From Chiloscyllium plagiosum (Eukaryota): a DNA stretch of 64,000 nt. The translations under genes and the position numbers were made by a program. The DNA lies in the NCBI RefSeq assembly GCF_004010195.1, contig NC_057717.1, positions 103,873,179 through 103,937,178 of the forward strand, written 5' to 3'. Positions 1 through 13,600 of this stretch are shown here, piece after piece. The notes beneath the pieces were generated by a model, which saw only the letters and a program-made list of their open reading frames with translations, did no database searches and had not been told where the DNA came from. How positions within the stretch are numbered: position 1 is the first letter of the stretch; the number at the start of each line of letters is the position of its first letter.

Positions 1-110
1 CGGGGAGAACGTGCAAACTCCACACAGTCAGTCGCCTGAGGCGGGAATTGAACCTGGGTCTCTGGCGCTGTGAGGCAGCAGTGCTAACCACTGTGCCACC
101 CTGCCGCCCA
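1..110 (-). mobile_element. HE1/V-SINE-type tRNA-derived SINE, 5' part
   Basis: Reverse complement has A box TGGCACAGTGG, B box GGTTCAATTCC and body TGTGTGGAGTTTGCAC. Confidence 0.8.
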
Positions 111-1800
111 GTAATGAGCCTATCATGGGGAGCCTGATCAAACACCCTGCTAAAATCCACATACACCACATCTACTGCTCTACCTTCATCAATGTGTTTT
201 ATCACATCCTCAAAGACTTCAATAAGGCTTGTGAGGCATAACCCGCCCCTCACAAAGCCATGATGATTATCTCTAATCAAACTATGCTTTTCCGAATTAT
301 CATAAATCCTGTCTCTCAGAATCCTCTCCGATAATTTGCCCACCATAAGACTGACTGATCTGTAATTCCCAGGACCTCCCCTACCTCCCCCGACTCCAGG
401 CGCAAGTTCCCTCCACTCTCCCTGATTGGCCCCACCCTCACTCTGGCCATCCTCTTGTTCCACACATAAGAGTAGAATGCCTTGGGATTTTCCTTAATCC
501 TACTCGCTAAAGCTTTTTCATGCCCCCTTCTAGCTCTAGGTCCATTCTTCAGTTCCTTCCTGGCTATTTTGTAACCCTCTAGAGCCCGGTCTGATCCTTG
601 CCTCCTCAACCTTAAGTAAGCTTCCTTCTTCCTCTTGACTGGATGTTCCACATCTATTGTCACCCAAAGTTCCTTCACCCTCCCATCCCTTCCTTGCCTC
701 AGCAGGATAAACCTGTCCAGCTCTATCAGCAAGTGCTCCTTCAACAACCTTCACATTTCTGTCATGCATTTCCCTGAGAAAATCTGTTCCCAATTTATGC
801 TCCACAGTTCCTGCCTAATAGCATTGCAATTCACGCTCCCCCAATTAAATACTTTCCCAACCATCTGCACCTAACCCTTTTCACAAGTGTAGTAAAGGTC
901 AGGGAGTTGTGATCACTATCACTGAAATGCTCTCCCACCAAGAGACCTGACACCTGATCTGGATCATTACCAAGCAACATATCCAATATGGCCTCCCCTC
1001 TCGTTGGCTTATCGACAAATTGAGTCAGGAATCCTTCCTAGACACACCTGACACAAACTGCTCCATCCAAACTATTTGCATTAAGGAGATTCCAATCAAT
1101 ATTAGGGAAGTTAAAGTCACCCATGACAACAGCCCTGCACCTTTCCAAAATCTGCCTCCCAAACTGTTTCTCTGTGTCTCTGTTGCTAATGGGGGGGTCA
1201 ATAGAAAACTCCTAGTAATGTGACTGCTCCTTTCCTGTTTCTGACTTCCACCCATACTGGCTCAGTAGGCAAACCCTCCTCAACGCCCTCCCTTTCTGCA
1301 GCTGTGATACTATCCCTGATTAGCAATGCCCGTCCCCCACCTCTTTACCTCCCTCGTATTCCTTTTGAAACATCTAAATCCTGGAACATCCAACAACTGA
1401 TCCTGCCCCTATCATGTCCAAGTCTCCGTAATGGCCAAAACATTATAGTTCCAAATACTGATCTATGGTCTGAGTTTGAAACACTAACTGCAACTTTGCC
1501 CTATCAACTGTCTATCCTTCCCCACAGACTCTCTGCATGCTGTATCTGCCCATTGACCAGTTACCCCATCCTCTGATCCATGGCTCAGGTTCTCTCTCCC
1601 CCCACCATCCAGTTTAAACCCTCCTGAAGACCCTCCTCCAGCAAACCTCCCGCCCAGGATACTGATGCCCCTCCAGGTCAGGTGCAACCCGTCCCTCTGG
1701 TACAGGTCCCACCTTCCCCAGAAGGTGCCCTAATGATCCACATACCTGAAACCATCCCTCCTACACCAGCCCTGCAGCCACGTGTTCATCGGCACTCACT
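111..1800 (-). mobile_element. Degenerate CR1 LINE (ORF1 esterase-like part and ORF2 endonuclease region)
   Basis: IKENPKAFYSYVWNKR, HLTWRG and VMGDFNFP-type segments, with stops and frameshifts. Confidence 0.85.
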
Positions 1801-3020
1801 CTCTGTTCCGAGCCTCACTCTCTGTTCCTAGCCTCACTCTCTGTTCTGAGCCTCACTGTCTGTTCCTAGCCTCACTCTCTGTTCCGAGCCTCACTCTCTA
1901 TTCCGAGCCTCACTGTCTGTTCCTAGCCTCACTCTCTGTTCCTAGCCTCACTCTCTGTTCCGAGCCTCACTGTCTGTTCGTAGCCTCACTCTCTGTTCCT
2001 AGCCTCACTCTCTGTTCTGAGCCTCACTGTCTGTTCCTAGCCTCAATCTCTGTTCCTAGCCTCACTCTCTGTTCCGAACCTCACTGTCTGTTCCTAGCCT
2101 CACTGTCTGTTTCTAGCCTCACTGTCTGTTCCTAGTCTCACTCTCTGTTCCTCGCCTCACTCTCTGTTCTGAGCCTCACTCTCTGTTCCGAGCCCCACTG
2201 TCTGTTCCTAGCCTCACTCTCTGTTCCGAGCCTCACCCTCTGTTCCGAGCCTCACTCTCTGTTCCTAGCCTCAATCTCTGTTCCAAGCCTCACTGTCTGT
2301 TCCTAGCCTCACTCTCTGTTCCTTGCCTCACTCTCTGTTCCGAGCCTCACTTTCTGTTCTGAGCCTCACTGTCTATTCCTAGCGTCACTCTCTGTTCCGA
2401 GCCTCACTGTCTATTCCTGGCCTCACTCTCTGTTCCTAGCCTCACTCTCTGTTCCAAGCCTCACTGTCTGTTCCTAGCCTCACTCTCTGTTCCTAGCCTC
2501 ACTCTCTGTTCCTAGCCTCACTCTCTGTTCCTAGCCTCACTCTCTGTTCCTAGCCTCACTCTCTGTTCCTAGCCTCACTCTCTGTTCCTAGCCTCACTCT
2601 CTGTTCCTAGCCTCACTCTCTGTTCCTAGCCTCACTCTCTGTTCCTAGCCTCACTCTCTGTTCCTAGCCTCACTCTCTGTTCCTAGCCTCACTCTCTGTT
2701 CCTAGCCTCACTCTCTGTTCCTAGCCTCACTCTCTGTTCCTAGCCTCACTCTCTGTTCCTAGCCTCACTCTCTGTTTCTAGCCTCACTCTCTGTTCCTTG
2801 CCTCACTCTCTGTTCCGAGCCTCACTCTCTGTTCCGAGCCTCACTGTCTATTCCTAGCCTCACTCTCTGTTCCGAGCCTCACTGTCTGTTCCTAGCCTCA
2901 CTCTCTGTTCCTAGCCTCACTCTCTGTTCCTAGCCTCACTGTCTGTTCCTAGCCTCACTCTCTGTTCCTAGCCTCACTCTCTGTTCCTAGCCTCACTCTC
3001 TGTTCCTAGCCTCACTAACC
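1795..3020. repeat. Minisatellite, 19-bp unit AGCCTCACTCTCTGTTCCT, about 64 copies
   Basis: Direct tandem array; near-perfect core around 2470-2775. Confidence 0.95.
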
Positions 3021-3382
3021 CCTGGCACCGGTCACAATGCTGAGGGTCTTGCGTCTCACTTGAGTGGGACTAACATTAACAGCTGGTAAGTTATCCAAAG
3101 TGGGTGGTCAGCCAGTCCTGCCCTTGCCTCTCCCTCTCACTGAAAAATCTTTTTTCTATGAAATTCAATGAAATTAACAATGGACCTCTGTGCAAATAAA
3201 AGTTTTGTGTCATTTTCTCCCTGTTCCTTCAGACTATAAATCACGCACTTAGAAATACATATAGACACATCCATGTGGAAACATAGGAATGGGGGCAGTC
3301 CCACAAATCTCTGTCACTATTTAGTAAGATATTGGTTGATCTCTAACCTGACTCCAGATGCCACTTTATCCTGAATCCCTTC

Positions 3383-3677
3383 AGATTAGATTAGATTCCC
3401 TACAGTATGGAAACAGGCTCTTCAGCCCAACAAGTCCATACCGACCCTTCGAAGAGTAACCCACCCAGACTCATTTCTCTCTGACTAATGCACCTGACAC
3501 GATGGGAAATTTAGCATGGCCAATTCACCTGACCTGCAATATCTTTGGACTGTGGGAGGAAACCCTCGCAGACACGGAGAGAACGTGTCCACACAGACAG
3601 TCGCCCAAGGCTGGAATCGAACCTGGGTCCCTGGTGCTGTGAGGCAGCAGTGCTAACCACTGAGCCACTGCGCCACC
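3383..3677 (-). mobile_element. HE1-type SINE with (AGATT)n tail
   Basis: Same head and body as copies at 1-110, 12300 and 28880. Confidence 0.8.
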
Positions 3678-3832
3678 CATATGGATAACATAAATGTATC
3701 ACTCTCACCCATGTGAAGAGTGGTCTACCATCCTTTGTGTGCAGAAGCTGTTCCTAACTGGTATAACCTGGCTTTGAAAGGAACAGTCTTTCTCCCATCT
3801 CATCCTCATGGGTTTGCCTCTTACCATCAATG

Positions 3833-4380
3833 GGTTGGAGTATTGGAGACTGAGGGTTCACCTTGTAGAGGTTTATAAAATCATGAGGGGCAGGGACAGA
3901 GAGAATAACTAAGGTCTTTTCCCCCGGGTAGGGGGTCCAAAACTAGATTTCAGCTGAGAGGGGAAAGATTTAAAAGAGACCTCGGGGGTAACTTTTTCAC
4001 ACAGAGGGTGGTACGTGTGTGGAATGAGCTGCCAGAGGAAGTGGTGGAGGCTGGTACAATTGCAACATTTAAAAGGCATCTGGATGGGTATATGAATAGG
4101 AAGGGTTTGGAGGGATATGGGCCAGGGGCTGGCCAATGGGAGTAGATCAGATTGAGATGTTTGGTCAGTACAAACGAGTTGGACAGAAGGGTCTGTTTCC
4201 ATGCTGTATGACTCCAAAGCTCTAAGCACAAAAGATTAAAGAGTGATATTTTCGAGGGTTTAGAGGGATATGGGCCAAATGCAGGCAAATGGGACTAGAT
4301 TAGGTTTTGATATATGGTCGGCATGGACGAATTGGACCGAGGGGGTCTGTTTCCGAGCTGTACATCTCAATGACTCTCTA
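3833..4380 (+). mobile_element. CR1 3' end fragments
   Basis: FFTQRVVRVWNELPEEVVEAG-type sequence and duplicated 3' UTR. Confidence 0.85.
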
Positions 4381-4529
4381 AATCCCTCTGAGCACTCCTT
4401 AATGTTGCCCATCATCATCCCATCTCTCTTCCTGGTCTTTGTGACTCCCTGCACTGTTGGGGCTAGGCCAGTCAATTATAAAAAGACATTGAAGCATTCA
4501 AGGGAGAGGAATAAAGAGAAGATTCTTAC

Positions 4530-4602
4530 CCCAATTCTGTGATGCACCGAGGCTACTATCAGATATGCAGCTACTGGTCCTTAGCCTAATTCTACAGCCC
4601 GC
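4530..4602 (-). CDS. RASAL3: RASAL3 coding exon (AGCRIRLRTSSCISDSSLGASQNW)
   Basis: Acceptor TTTTTTGTAATTGTAG, donor GGG|GTAAGA; 73 nt, phase 0 to 1; open frame resembling the recalled human segment GPRRPRVGSASSEGS; absent from the ORF track. Confidence 0.65.
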
Positions 4603-7600
4603 CTACAATTACAAAAAATAGCAATGGTTATAACAGATAACTACTATTAACTGGTGATTTTATTACAGATCTCACCATTATTTCTACTCCCATAATAAAA
4701 TGCATTTAAATCTTGTTGGTGAGAGATACACATCACTGGTGCTTTCTACACTAGATTCAATGGACATATGCACAAAGACCAAATGATACAACAATAAAGA
4801 CAAAGGAGAAATAGGTACTGTTGCATTACGTCACAAAATGTGGGAGCATCACGGGCAAGGCCCGTATTTGATGCCCTTCCCTACTTGCCCTGGAAAAGGT
4901 GACCATGAGCTGCCTTCTTAAATAAAGTGGAGACCCAGGGTGTCACTACAAAGGACAGTGAAGAGGCGACTCCATTGCTGTGGGTCCAGAGTCATGTGTA
5001 AATCAGACTGGGTAAGGATGGCAGGTTTCCTGCCCTGAAGGACATTAATGAAAGAGATGGGGCTTGTTTTTTTTAAAGGCTTTAAAAGTAAAATACTGCA
5101 GACGCTGGAAATCTGAAACAAACACAGCAAGTGCTGGAGAAACTCAGCAAGTCTGGCAGTGTCTGTAGAGAGAGATAGAATTAACATTTCAAGTTCAACA
5201 CAATTCGTCATCACAGATGCTATCTGTTGAGATTCTCCAGTATTTTCTGTGTTTGGTTTGGGCTTTTATGACAACTGTTGATAGTTATCATGGTCACCAT
5301 TCCTGAGAATAGGTTTTCATTCCAAGATTAATTCATTAATTTTAAATTGTACCTGTTTCTAGGGTGAGATTTAAATCCCTATCCCTGGGGTATTAACCTA
5401 GACCTTTAGGCTACTAGACTCGTAACATTGCCATACACTTTTCCTTATTTATTCTTCCTTGAAATACAGAAAAATACTCTAATAAAAGCAACATGCTATA
5501 GATCCTGGAAATCTGAAATAAATGCAGAGGCCTGTTATAGGAAAGATATTATTGGATTGGAGAGGGTTCGGAAAATATTGATCAGGGTGTTGCTGGGACT
5601 GGAGGGTTTGAGTTATAAGGAGAGGCCGGATAGATCTCATCACCAAGTCCCCCTTTATGTACACGTGCAAAGTACATGACACTGACCCAGCTAGCTCAGA
5701 GCCAGCCCTCAGAGTGGACAGAACCCCTGACACTCCTGTTTACATCTGTCAGCCAGGGCTCCCTGATCGGACCAGCTTAACAGCCCCGATCTGGGAACTC
5801 TATCCTCTGAGAACTCAGAACTATATCCTCTGAGTTCCACTTGGTTGACCTGACTACAAGGTTGTGGGCTAAAGTGGAACAAAATACACAATGGCAAGGC
5901 ATTTATGTTATTTTTGTCCACCTATCAGGCTGAAAAGGCAATGATTCACCATAACTGGGTTGCAGCCAGGGTAATAATTACTGATGAAATGCTTTTTGCC
6001 CGAAACGTGGATTTTCCTGCTCCTCGGATGCTGCCTGACCTGCTGTGCGTTCCCAGCACCACTCTGATCTAGACACTGATAATGATCAACACACAGTTGC
6101 TGCTGTCAGGTTTCCTCCAACAGACAGCAGAGGGAGCAGTTTGACAGACCAAGGGAGTGAGTTACAGACACAGACCCATGTTCACTAAGTCAAGCTTTGT
6201 TCCAATTGCGACACAGGATATCGACATCTGAGGTACATTGCAGGAAGGTGATGGCCGCCTGGTAATGTCACCAGGCCTTTAATCCAGGCTATCCCTGGGG
6301 GATAAGAGTTTGGATCCTACCATGGTAAATGGTGGAATTTAAATTCAGAAACTAATATAAAGCTGGTCTTAAAAACAGTTTATCGATTGCTTCAGGAAAT
6401 TCGGTAAGGGCCATTGGTCCTGAAACATTAACTTTGCTTTGTCTCTTTGCTAGAACTGCTGACTTTCTCCAGCAAACTCTGCTTGTGTTTCAGATTTCCA
6501 GCATCCCCAGTTGTCAGATTAATCCCTGTTCAATCATGCTGTATCCAGAGAGAAGTCATCTCTGACATGCCCCAGGTTAGGGGCACAGTTGGGGGTGGAC
6601 AAAGCAATTCAGCCTTCGCCAGCGATTCCCACATCCGACAAGTACATGTGCAAACTATAACAGGAGGCAGCTGAAAGTCAACCATGCCAAGCCAGACTGG
6701 GCAAGCATGGCACACTCTCTTCCCTGAAGTGAATTTGTGAACTAGATGAGGTTTGTAAAGCATAACGCAGCGGTTGCGTGGTCACCATTAGCGACATTAA
6801 CTTTTAATTCTAGATTCACTCGACCGAAAAGCTGCCATGCTGGAATTGGACATGAATCTCTCGATCATTCCAGCACGACCAGCTCAGTGAGACAACCACA
6901 ATCCCACTGTATCCCTGTGGGGCTGTGTGGTGTTGCAGAGTTCTCAAGTTAGCTCAGCTCCCCGCGGAATCTTTCATGGAGTCCAACATCCCAAGGCACT
7001 CTTTGGAAGCGTTATCCAACAAGTTCCCAAAGACACAGGGGGAGATGTTATAATGTTATCATGATAAAGTTGGTTTGCAGGTAATTAAGAAGGCAAATGG
7101 AATATTGTCCTTCATTGCTAGAGGGATGGAGTATTGACATAGGGAGGTTATGTTGCAGCTGTATAGGGTGCTGGGTGAGGCCACACCTGGAGTACATTGT
7201 GCGGTTTTGGTCTCCTTACTTGGGAAAGGATGGACTGGCACCGGAGGGGGTGCAGAGGAGGTTCACCAGGTTGGTTCCAGAGTTGAGGGGGTTGCTTTAT
7301 GAGGAGAGACTGAGTAGACTGGGCCTATACTCATTGGAATTCAGAAGAATGTGGGGGATATCTTACAGAAACATGTACAATACTGAAGGAAATAGACAGG
7401 AAAGAAGCAGGGAGGTTGTTTCCACTGGGGGGTGGAACTAGAACTAGGGGGCATAGCCTCAAAATAAGGGGGGAGCAGGTTTAGGACTGAGCTGAGGAGG
7501 AACGTCTTCACACAAAGGGTTTTCAACCTGTGGAATTCCCTGCCCTAAAGCAGTTGAGGCTTCCTCGTTGAATGTTTTTAAGGCAGAGATAGACTTTTGA

Positions 7601-10600
7601 ACACTAAAGGAATTAAGGGTTATGGTGAGAGGGCGGGTAAGTGGAGCTGAGGCCATGGAAAGATCAGCCATGATCTTATTAAATGGAGGAGCGGGCTCGA
7701 GGGGCTAGAGGGCGTACTCCTGCTCCTAGTTCTTACATTCTTAAGTTACTTAAAATCTCCATCTTTAGCTACAGTCTGTCTGATGTGGTTCAGTGAACCC
7801 CCCTGGCATATTTTACAACATTGAGGGCACTGTATTGAGGGCAAGTTGTTGACCAATGTCACATACATTTGTTTCATATCTTCACAGATGCTTTTGTTTG
7901 TTTCCCCTTTCGGGAGAGTGTTGGAAGGATTAAGGTGCTGATTGTCTACCTATTGAACCAGTGTTACAAACACTCCCTGTGTGCCCTGGAGGGTCAGGGC
8001 GGGGAGGGATCTGCAGTGCTCCATTACAGAGCCAGGGGGCGTCCCTCTCAGACAGACCACACACACACGTGCGCGCACGCACACACATACACACTCTCTC
8101 TGTCTCTCACACACACACACACACACTCTCTCTCTCTCAAACACACACACTTTCTCTGTCACACACACTGTCTCTCTCACCCACACACACACTTTCTCTG
8201 TCACACACATGCTCTCTCTGTCACACATACTCCTTCTCTCTGACACACACACATACACACACACACCTGTATAAGATCATTGTCCATGTACTATTACATA
8301 CCTCATCATCTTTGGACATCAGCATCAACTGACCGTTGACAAGAGTACAGTTATTGACGTCCCAGACTGGCACTCCTGCTGAAGGTACCAGCGAAATGGG
8401 AGGGCTCTGAGTTTCAGAGGTCACTGGTGCATCAACACTGTCTGTAAAGGGATGGCAAGGTGGGAAGAGGGAATAAAAAACACACATCAGGGAAGAGGGA
8501 ATAAAAAACACACATCCCACCATGAAAAGAAAGCATTGCAGTTGTACATGGGTATTGGATGGTATCCAAAGTGGGGAAGAGAAATCAGACCCTTTATGCT
8601 AGTTACCACACAGACCAACTAAGGCCAATGATGCCCACCATCCATGAATGGGCAAATTCACAGCTATGTGATTGCTGGCTGGAGGTTTCCATTAATACAC
8701 CGCCAACAAATGTGTTAAAACTGTTTTCTTATTGTCACTTAGAGATGCTACTTCATGTGATTATGAAAGTCCCATTCAATATACGTTAAACATCCAGAAA
8801 ATTACAAAACGGGTGCTTTTGCCCACCCAGTGGGCAAACCAAGGTTCATCTGTCAAACTGATCACGCTCTGGTATACACCAGGGAGGGCAGTGGGTACTG
8901 GGCACGGATCATGTTCAGTCAATGATCACACCTTCCTGTCTCGCCTGCCACTTTGTGGTGTGCACAGGAAGCAGCAACAAGGTGTGCTGCGTGCAAGAGA
9001 TTTCCGGCCCCAGCTTAAAACACTCGGCCTGCGTGTCACAAACATCAGTGGCGATCGTGAGAACCTCTCAGCAGAGGAGAAGACTGTCCTGACAGGGCAC
9101 TGTTAGGGTTGGCAATGTCAGCAGCAAGTGTCCTGCCTTCTCAGTTAGAAAGTTCAGACACTGAGACATATCGATGGTTCATAACTAGTACTGTGGGAGT
9201 GCTGCACTGTCGGAGGGTCAGTACTGAGGGAGTGCAGCACTGTCAGAGGATCAGTGCTGAGGGAATGCCGCACTGTCGGAGGGTCAGTACTGAGGGAGTG
9301 CAGCACTGTCGGAGGGTCAGTGCTGAGGGAGTGCAGCACTGTCAGAGGATCAATGCTGAGGGAGTGCAGCACTGTCGGAGGGTCAGTGCTGAGGGAGCAC
9401 CGCACTGTCGGAGGGTCAGTGCTGAGGGAGTGCCGCACTGTCGGAGGGTCAGTGCTGAGGGAGTGCAGCACTGTCGGAGGATCAATGCTGAGGGAGTGCA
9501 GCACTGTCGGAGGGTCAGTGCTGAGGGAGCACCGCACTGTCGGAGGGTCAGTGCTGAGGGAGTGCCGCACTGTCAGAGGGTCAGTGCTGAGGGAGTGCCG
9601 CACTGTCAGAAGGTTAGTGCTGAGGGAATGCCGCACTGTCAGAGGGTCAGCGCTGAGGGAGTGCTGCACTGTCAGAAGGTTAGTGCTGAGGGAGTGCCGC
9701 ACTGTCAGAGGGTCAGCGCTGAGGGAGTGCTGCACTATCAGAGGGTCAGTGCTGAGGGAGTACCACACTGTCAGAGGGTCAGTACTGAGGGAGTGCTGCA
9801 CTGTCAGAGGGTCAGTGTTGAGGGAATGCCGCACTGTCAGAGACTCAATGCTGAGGGAGTGATGCACTGTCGGAGGGTCAGTGCTGAGGGAGCAGCGCAC
9901 TGTTGGAGGGGCAACAGAATAAACAAAGACTTGCACATATAAAATGCACCTCAAAATTAATGGACATCTCAAAATTCTTTCCAGCCAAATAAGTACTTTT
10001 ATGATACAGCAACAGGTAGCTGATGAAGAAGCAGTGTTCTGAAAGCTAGTGTTTCCAAATAAACCTGTTCAACTATAACATGGTGCTGTGTGGTTTTTAA
10101 CTTTGTCCACCCCAGTCCAACACCGGCTCCTCCACATCATGTTGTAAAGTAGGAAATAGAACATAGAACATAGAAAAAATACAGCACAGTACAGACCCTT
10201 TGGCCCTCGATGTTGCGCCAATCCAAGCCCACCTAACCTACACTAGCCCACTATCCTCCATATGCCTATCCAATGCCCGTTTAAATGCCCATAAAGAGGG
10301 AGAGTCCACCACTGCTACTGGCAGGGCATTCCATGAACTCACGACTCGCTGAGTAAAGAATCTACCCCTAACATCTGTCCTATACCTACCACCCCTTAAT
10401 TTAAAGCTATGCCTCCTCGTAATAGCTGATGAGGCAGCCCATCTCACAGATTATCATGCGATTACATTAGATAACCTATGTGTAGTGATGTACATTGTAG
10501 AGTACATATGGAGCAGGACTGTTGTGGGGTTCAGTATTGTGAAAGTACTGAATTCTCAGAATGACAGTAGTGGATCAGGAATCTGAATGTATCATCCCCT

Positions 10601-13600
10601 AACTTGGAAATATTACAAGTAGGAATATGTACTGTGAGGAAGATGTAACGTGGCTTCAGGAGGATTTGGATAGAGTTAGTGAATGGGTGAGAGTGCGGCA
10701 GATGAAATAAAACATGGAAAAATGTGAAGTTATGCACCTTGGAGAAACAGATGTGCAGAGAATTCCTTAAACGGTAAGAAGTTGTAATACTTAGATGTAC
10801 AAAGGGAGCTGGTATCCTTATCCTTATGATAAGACATTGAAGTCTCACATGTAGGTGCAGCAAGCTATTGGGAAGATTAATGGAGTGTTTGCCTTTATTG
10901 CAAGAGGATCTATGTACAGGAGTAGTGAAGTCTTACTTCAATTATATAGGAGCTTGGTTAGAGCACACCGAGAGTATGGTGTGCAGTTTTGGTCTCCTTA
11001 TCTCAGGAGAGATATTATTGCCATTAGAGGGAGTGTAACAAAGGTTCACCAGACTTGTTCCTGGGCCAGTGGAAGTGTCCTATAAAGAGACATTAGGTAA
11101 ACTGGGCTGGTACTCTCTACAGTTTCAAAGAATGAGAGGTGATCACATCGAAACTTACAAAATACTTGAAGTGATAGATCAATGCAGATAAGGTATCTCT
11201 GGTTCAGAAACAGGGGACATATATTGACAATAATGGGGATGTCTCTTAGGTCTGAGATGAGGTGAAATTATTTTACTCAGAGGGTTGTGATCCTTTGGAA
11301 CTCTCTGCCACAGAGGGTTGTGGAAACTCAGCCTTTGAGCACGTTTAAAGTCCAGATTGAGAGATGTCGGATTCCCAGTGGAATACAGGGTTATAGAGAT
11401 GGAGTCAGCGAAAAGCATTGAAGTGTTGAATCAGCCAGGATTGGAATGACTAGCTGGCCATGCCAGTGTGCTGAATACTGTAGAGGACACAAGGGAGAAT
11501 ATTACCATGGGATCTTGCACATCGACCTGATGGAGGAGCTGGCTCATCAGTTACCCCAGTGTGCTGGGATACCTATAGACTCAGTGACCTGTTCACCACT
11601 AGCATGAGGAAAGGTGGAGGCCATTCAGTCCCTCAATCCTGTCCTACAATTCACATCGATAATGTGAATCTGAACTCTGTGTCTCCCAGATCACAGGGTC
11701 GTTCCAGGTTAAGGCAGTGGCTGTGTTAATGCACTGATAAATCCAACAGTGTGTAAACTGTCAAACAGACCCCTCTGACCCTGTCTCTGGTGACTGACCA
11801 AAATGGGCACCGTTCATGCCGGAATAGGCATCATACGTGGCGAGGGGCTACATCAGGGGGGTGTGTGAGGGGGTGAAGTTGGGATATTGGGGGACACACT
11901 CCCAGGATAGCCAGCCAGGCTCAAACCCTTCGATCACAGTCTGCCCCAGGATGTGCCAATAACACATCGGACTGGTCAACCCTCCCCACCAAACCTGCCT
12001 GGAAGAAGGTCACCCTCAATCCAGGGAAACCGCGGGGAGAATCCGGCAATTTGGGAGAGCTGCCATGCCAACTGGAATGTTCAAGCTGACTGGGGCCGTA
12101 AGGCGGGAATTGGTCAAAGCCATTGCGTGGCCGTCGGATTGGGGCGAGATCACCCGAGGGACTCACTGGCGGCTGGTGGGCAAAGAAACCTGCCACCCTC
12201 ACCCAGTGGGGGTTCCATGTGACTCCAGTCTCATTCCAAGGTACCTGACTGTTGGTCGACCATCTGTGATGGCATTGTTACGTCAAACCGGCCGTCAGGA
12301 GTGGCACAGTGACCCAGTGGTTAGCACTGCTGCCTCACAGCGCCAGGGTCCCTGGTTCGATCCCAGCCTCGGGTGACTGTCTGTGTGGAGTTTGCACATT
12401 CTCCCCGTGTCTGCGTGGGTTTCCTCCGGGTGCTCCGGTTTCCTCCCACAGTCCAAAGATGTGCAGGTCAGGGTGGGTTGGCCACGCTAAGTTGCACATG
12501 GTTTTCAGGGATGTGTTTGTTAGGTGTATTAGTCAGGGGTAAATGTTGGGGAATGGGTCTGGGTGAGTTATGTTTCAGAGGGTTGGTGTGGACCTGTTGG
12601 GCCGAAGGGCCTGTTTCCACACTGTAGGGATTCCGTGTCACTGCAGCGGGAGCTGGTTCAAGGTTACAGCCTTGCTCATGACATCAATATCCTTTGAAGC
12701 TACTGAACAGAAAAGGGACAGCAGAACAGAGTGCAGTGACCAAACCGTTACTGCACTCACAGGCTTCATTATGCACCCTGCACTGACTCCATGGGGTTGT
12801 TTGACCAGAAACAAGAAAATAGCACAAAGCGTACAGCACAGGAACAGACCCAACTATCCGACCAGTTCTGAAGAAGGGTCACCGGATCCGAAACTCTGAT
12901 TTCTCTCCACAGATGCACCAGGCCTGCTGAGCTTTTCCAGCAATTTCTGTTTATGTATCCCATCTATACAAGCGTCGCCCCCACCCCCACCCTATCAGCA
13001 TCTATTCCTGCCTGTCACGCTGTTTTGATTTAATTCATTCACAGGCAGTGGCCATCATTGACTGGAACAGCATTTATTGCCCAGAGTGGCATGGGTGGAG
13101 TGGGCAGGCAGGTGGCAGATGGAGTTCAACTCTGAGAAGTGTGAGGTAATGCATTTACAAAGGTCAGACAGTAAAGGGGAATACACAATCAACGGGAATA
13201 TACTGAGAGGGGAGATAAAGTGAGATAACAGCACAGATAGATAAGGTTGTAGAGAAGGCATATGGAATCTCTCCTTCATCAGCAGAGTTACAGTATAAAA
13301 TACAAAAGTAAGGATATAATGATGAAACTGTATAAGACACTGGTGAGACCACAACCGGACTGTGGGCAGTTCTGGACATCACATTACAGATATGATGTAA
13401 TTGCTCTGGAGAGATTGTTACCAGGGCTGGAGAATTGTAGCTATGATGAAAAATTAGAGAAGTTGTGGTTGCTTTCCTTGGAACAGGGAAGGCTGAGGGG
13501 TGATATGATTGATGTTATGTGAGAGGTAGAGATAGAGTAGACAGGAGGAACCTGTTTCCCTTGGCAGAGAGTTCAAAAACCAGTGTTCATAGATTCAAGC

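Noticed and set aside
3060..3139. Possible next RASAL3 exon (TTTTCAG...CAA|GTGAGA on the minus strand)
   Set aside because: The required phase-1 frame hits TGA after about ten codons
7869..8332. His/Thr-rich and Cys/Val-rich ORFs
   Set aside because: Translations of a (CA)/(CT) microsatellite
9109..9972. 200-277 aa Cys/His repeat ORFs as a zinc-finger-like gene
   Set aside because: By-product of a 33-bp minisatellite that is open on both strands; no splice or domain support
11880..12290. CpG-containing stretch with 90-100 aa ORFs on both strands
   Set aside because: No recognisable protein motif or splice-site pair; left unassigned
12298..12375. tRNA gene (also near 36735, 22143 and 61345)
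   Set aside because: A and B boxes run into SINE bodies that recur in the window; no convincing cloverleaf or terminator
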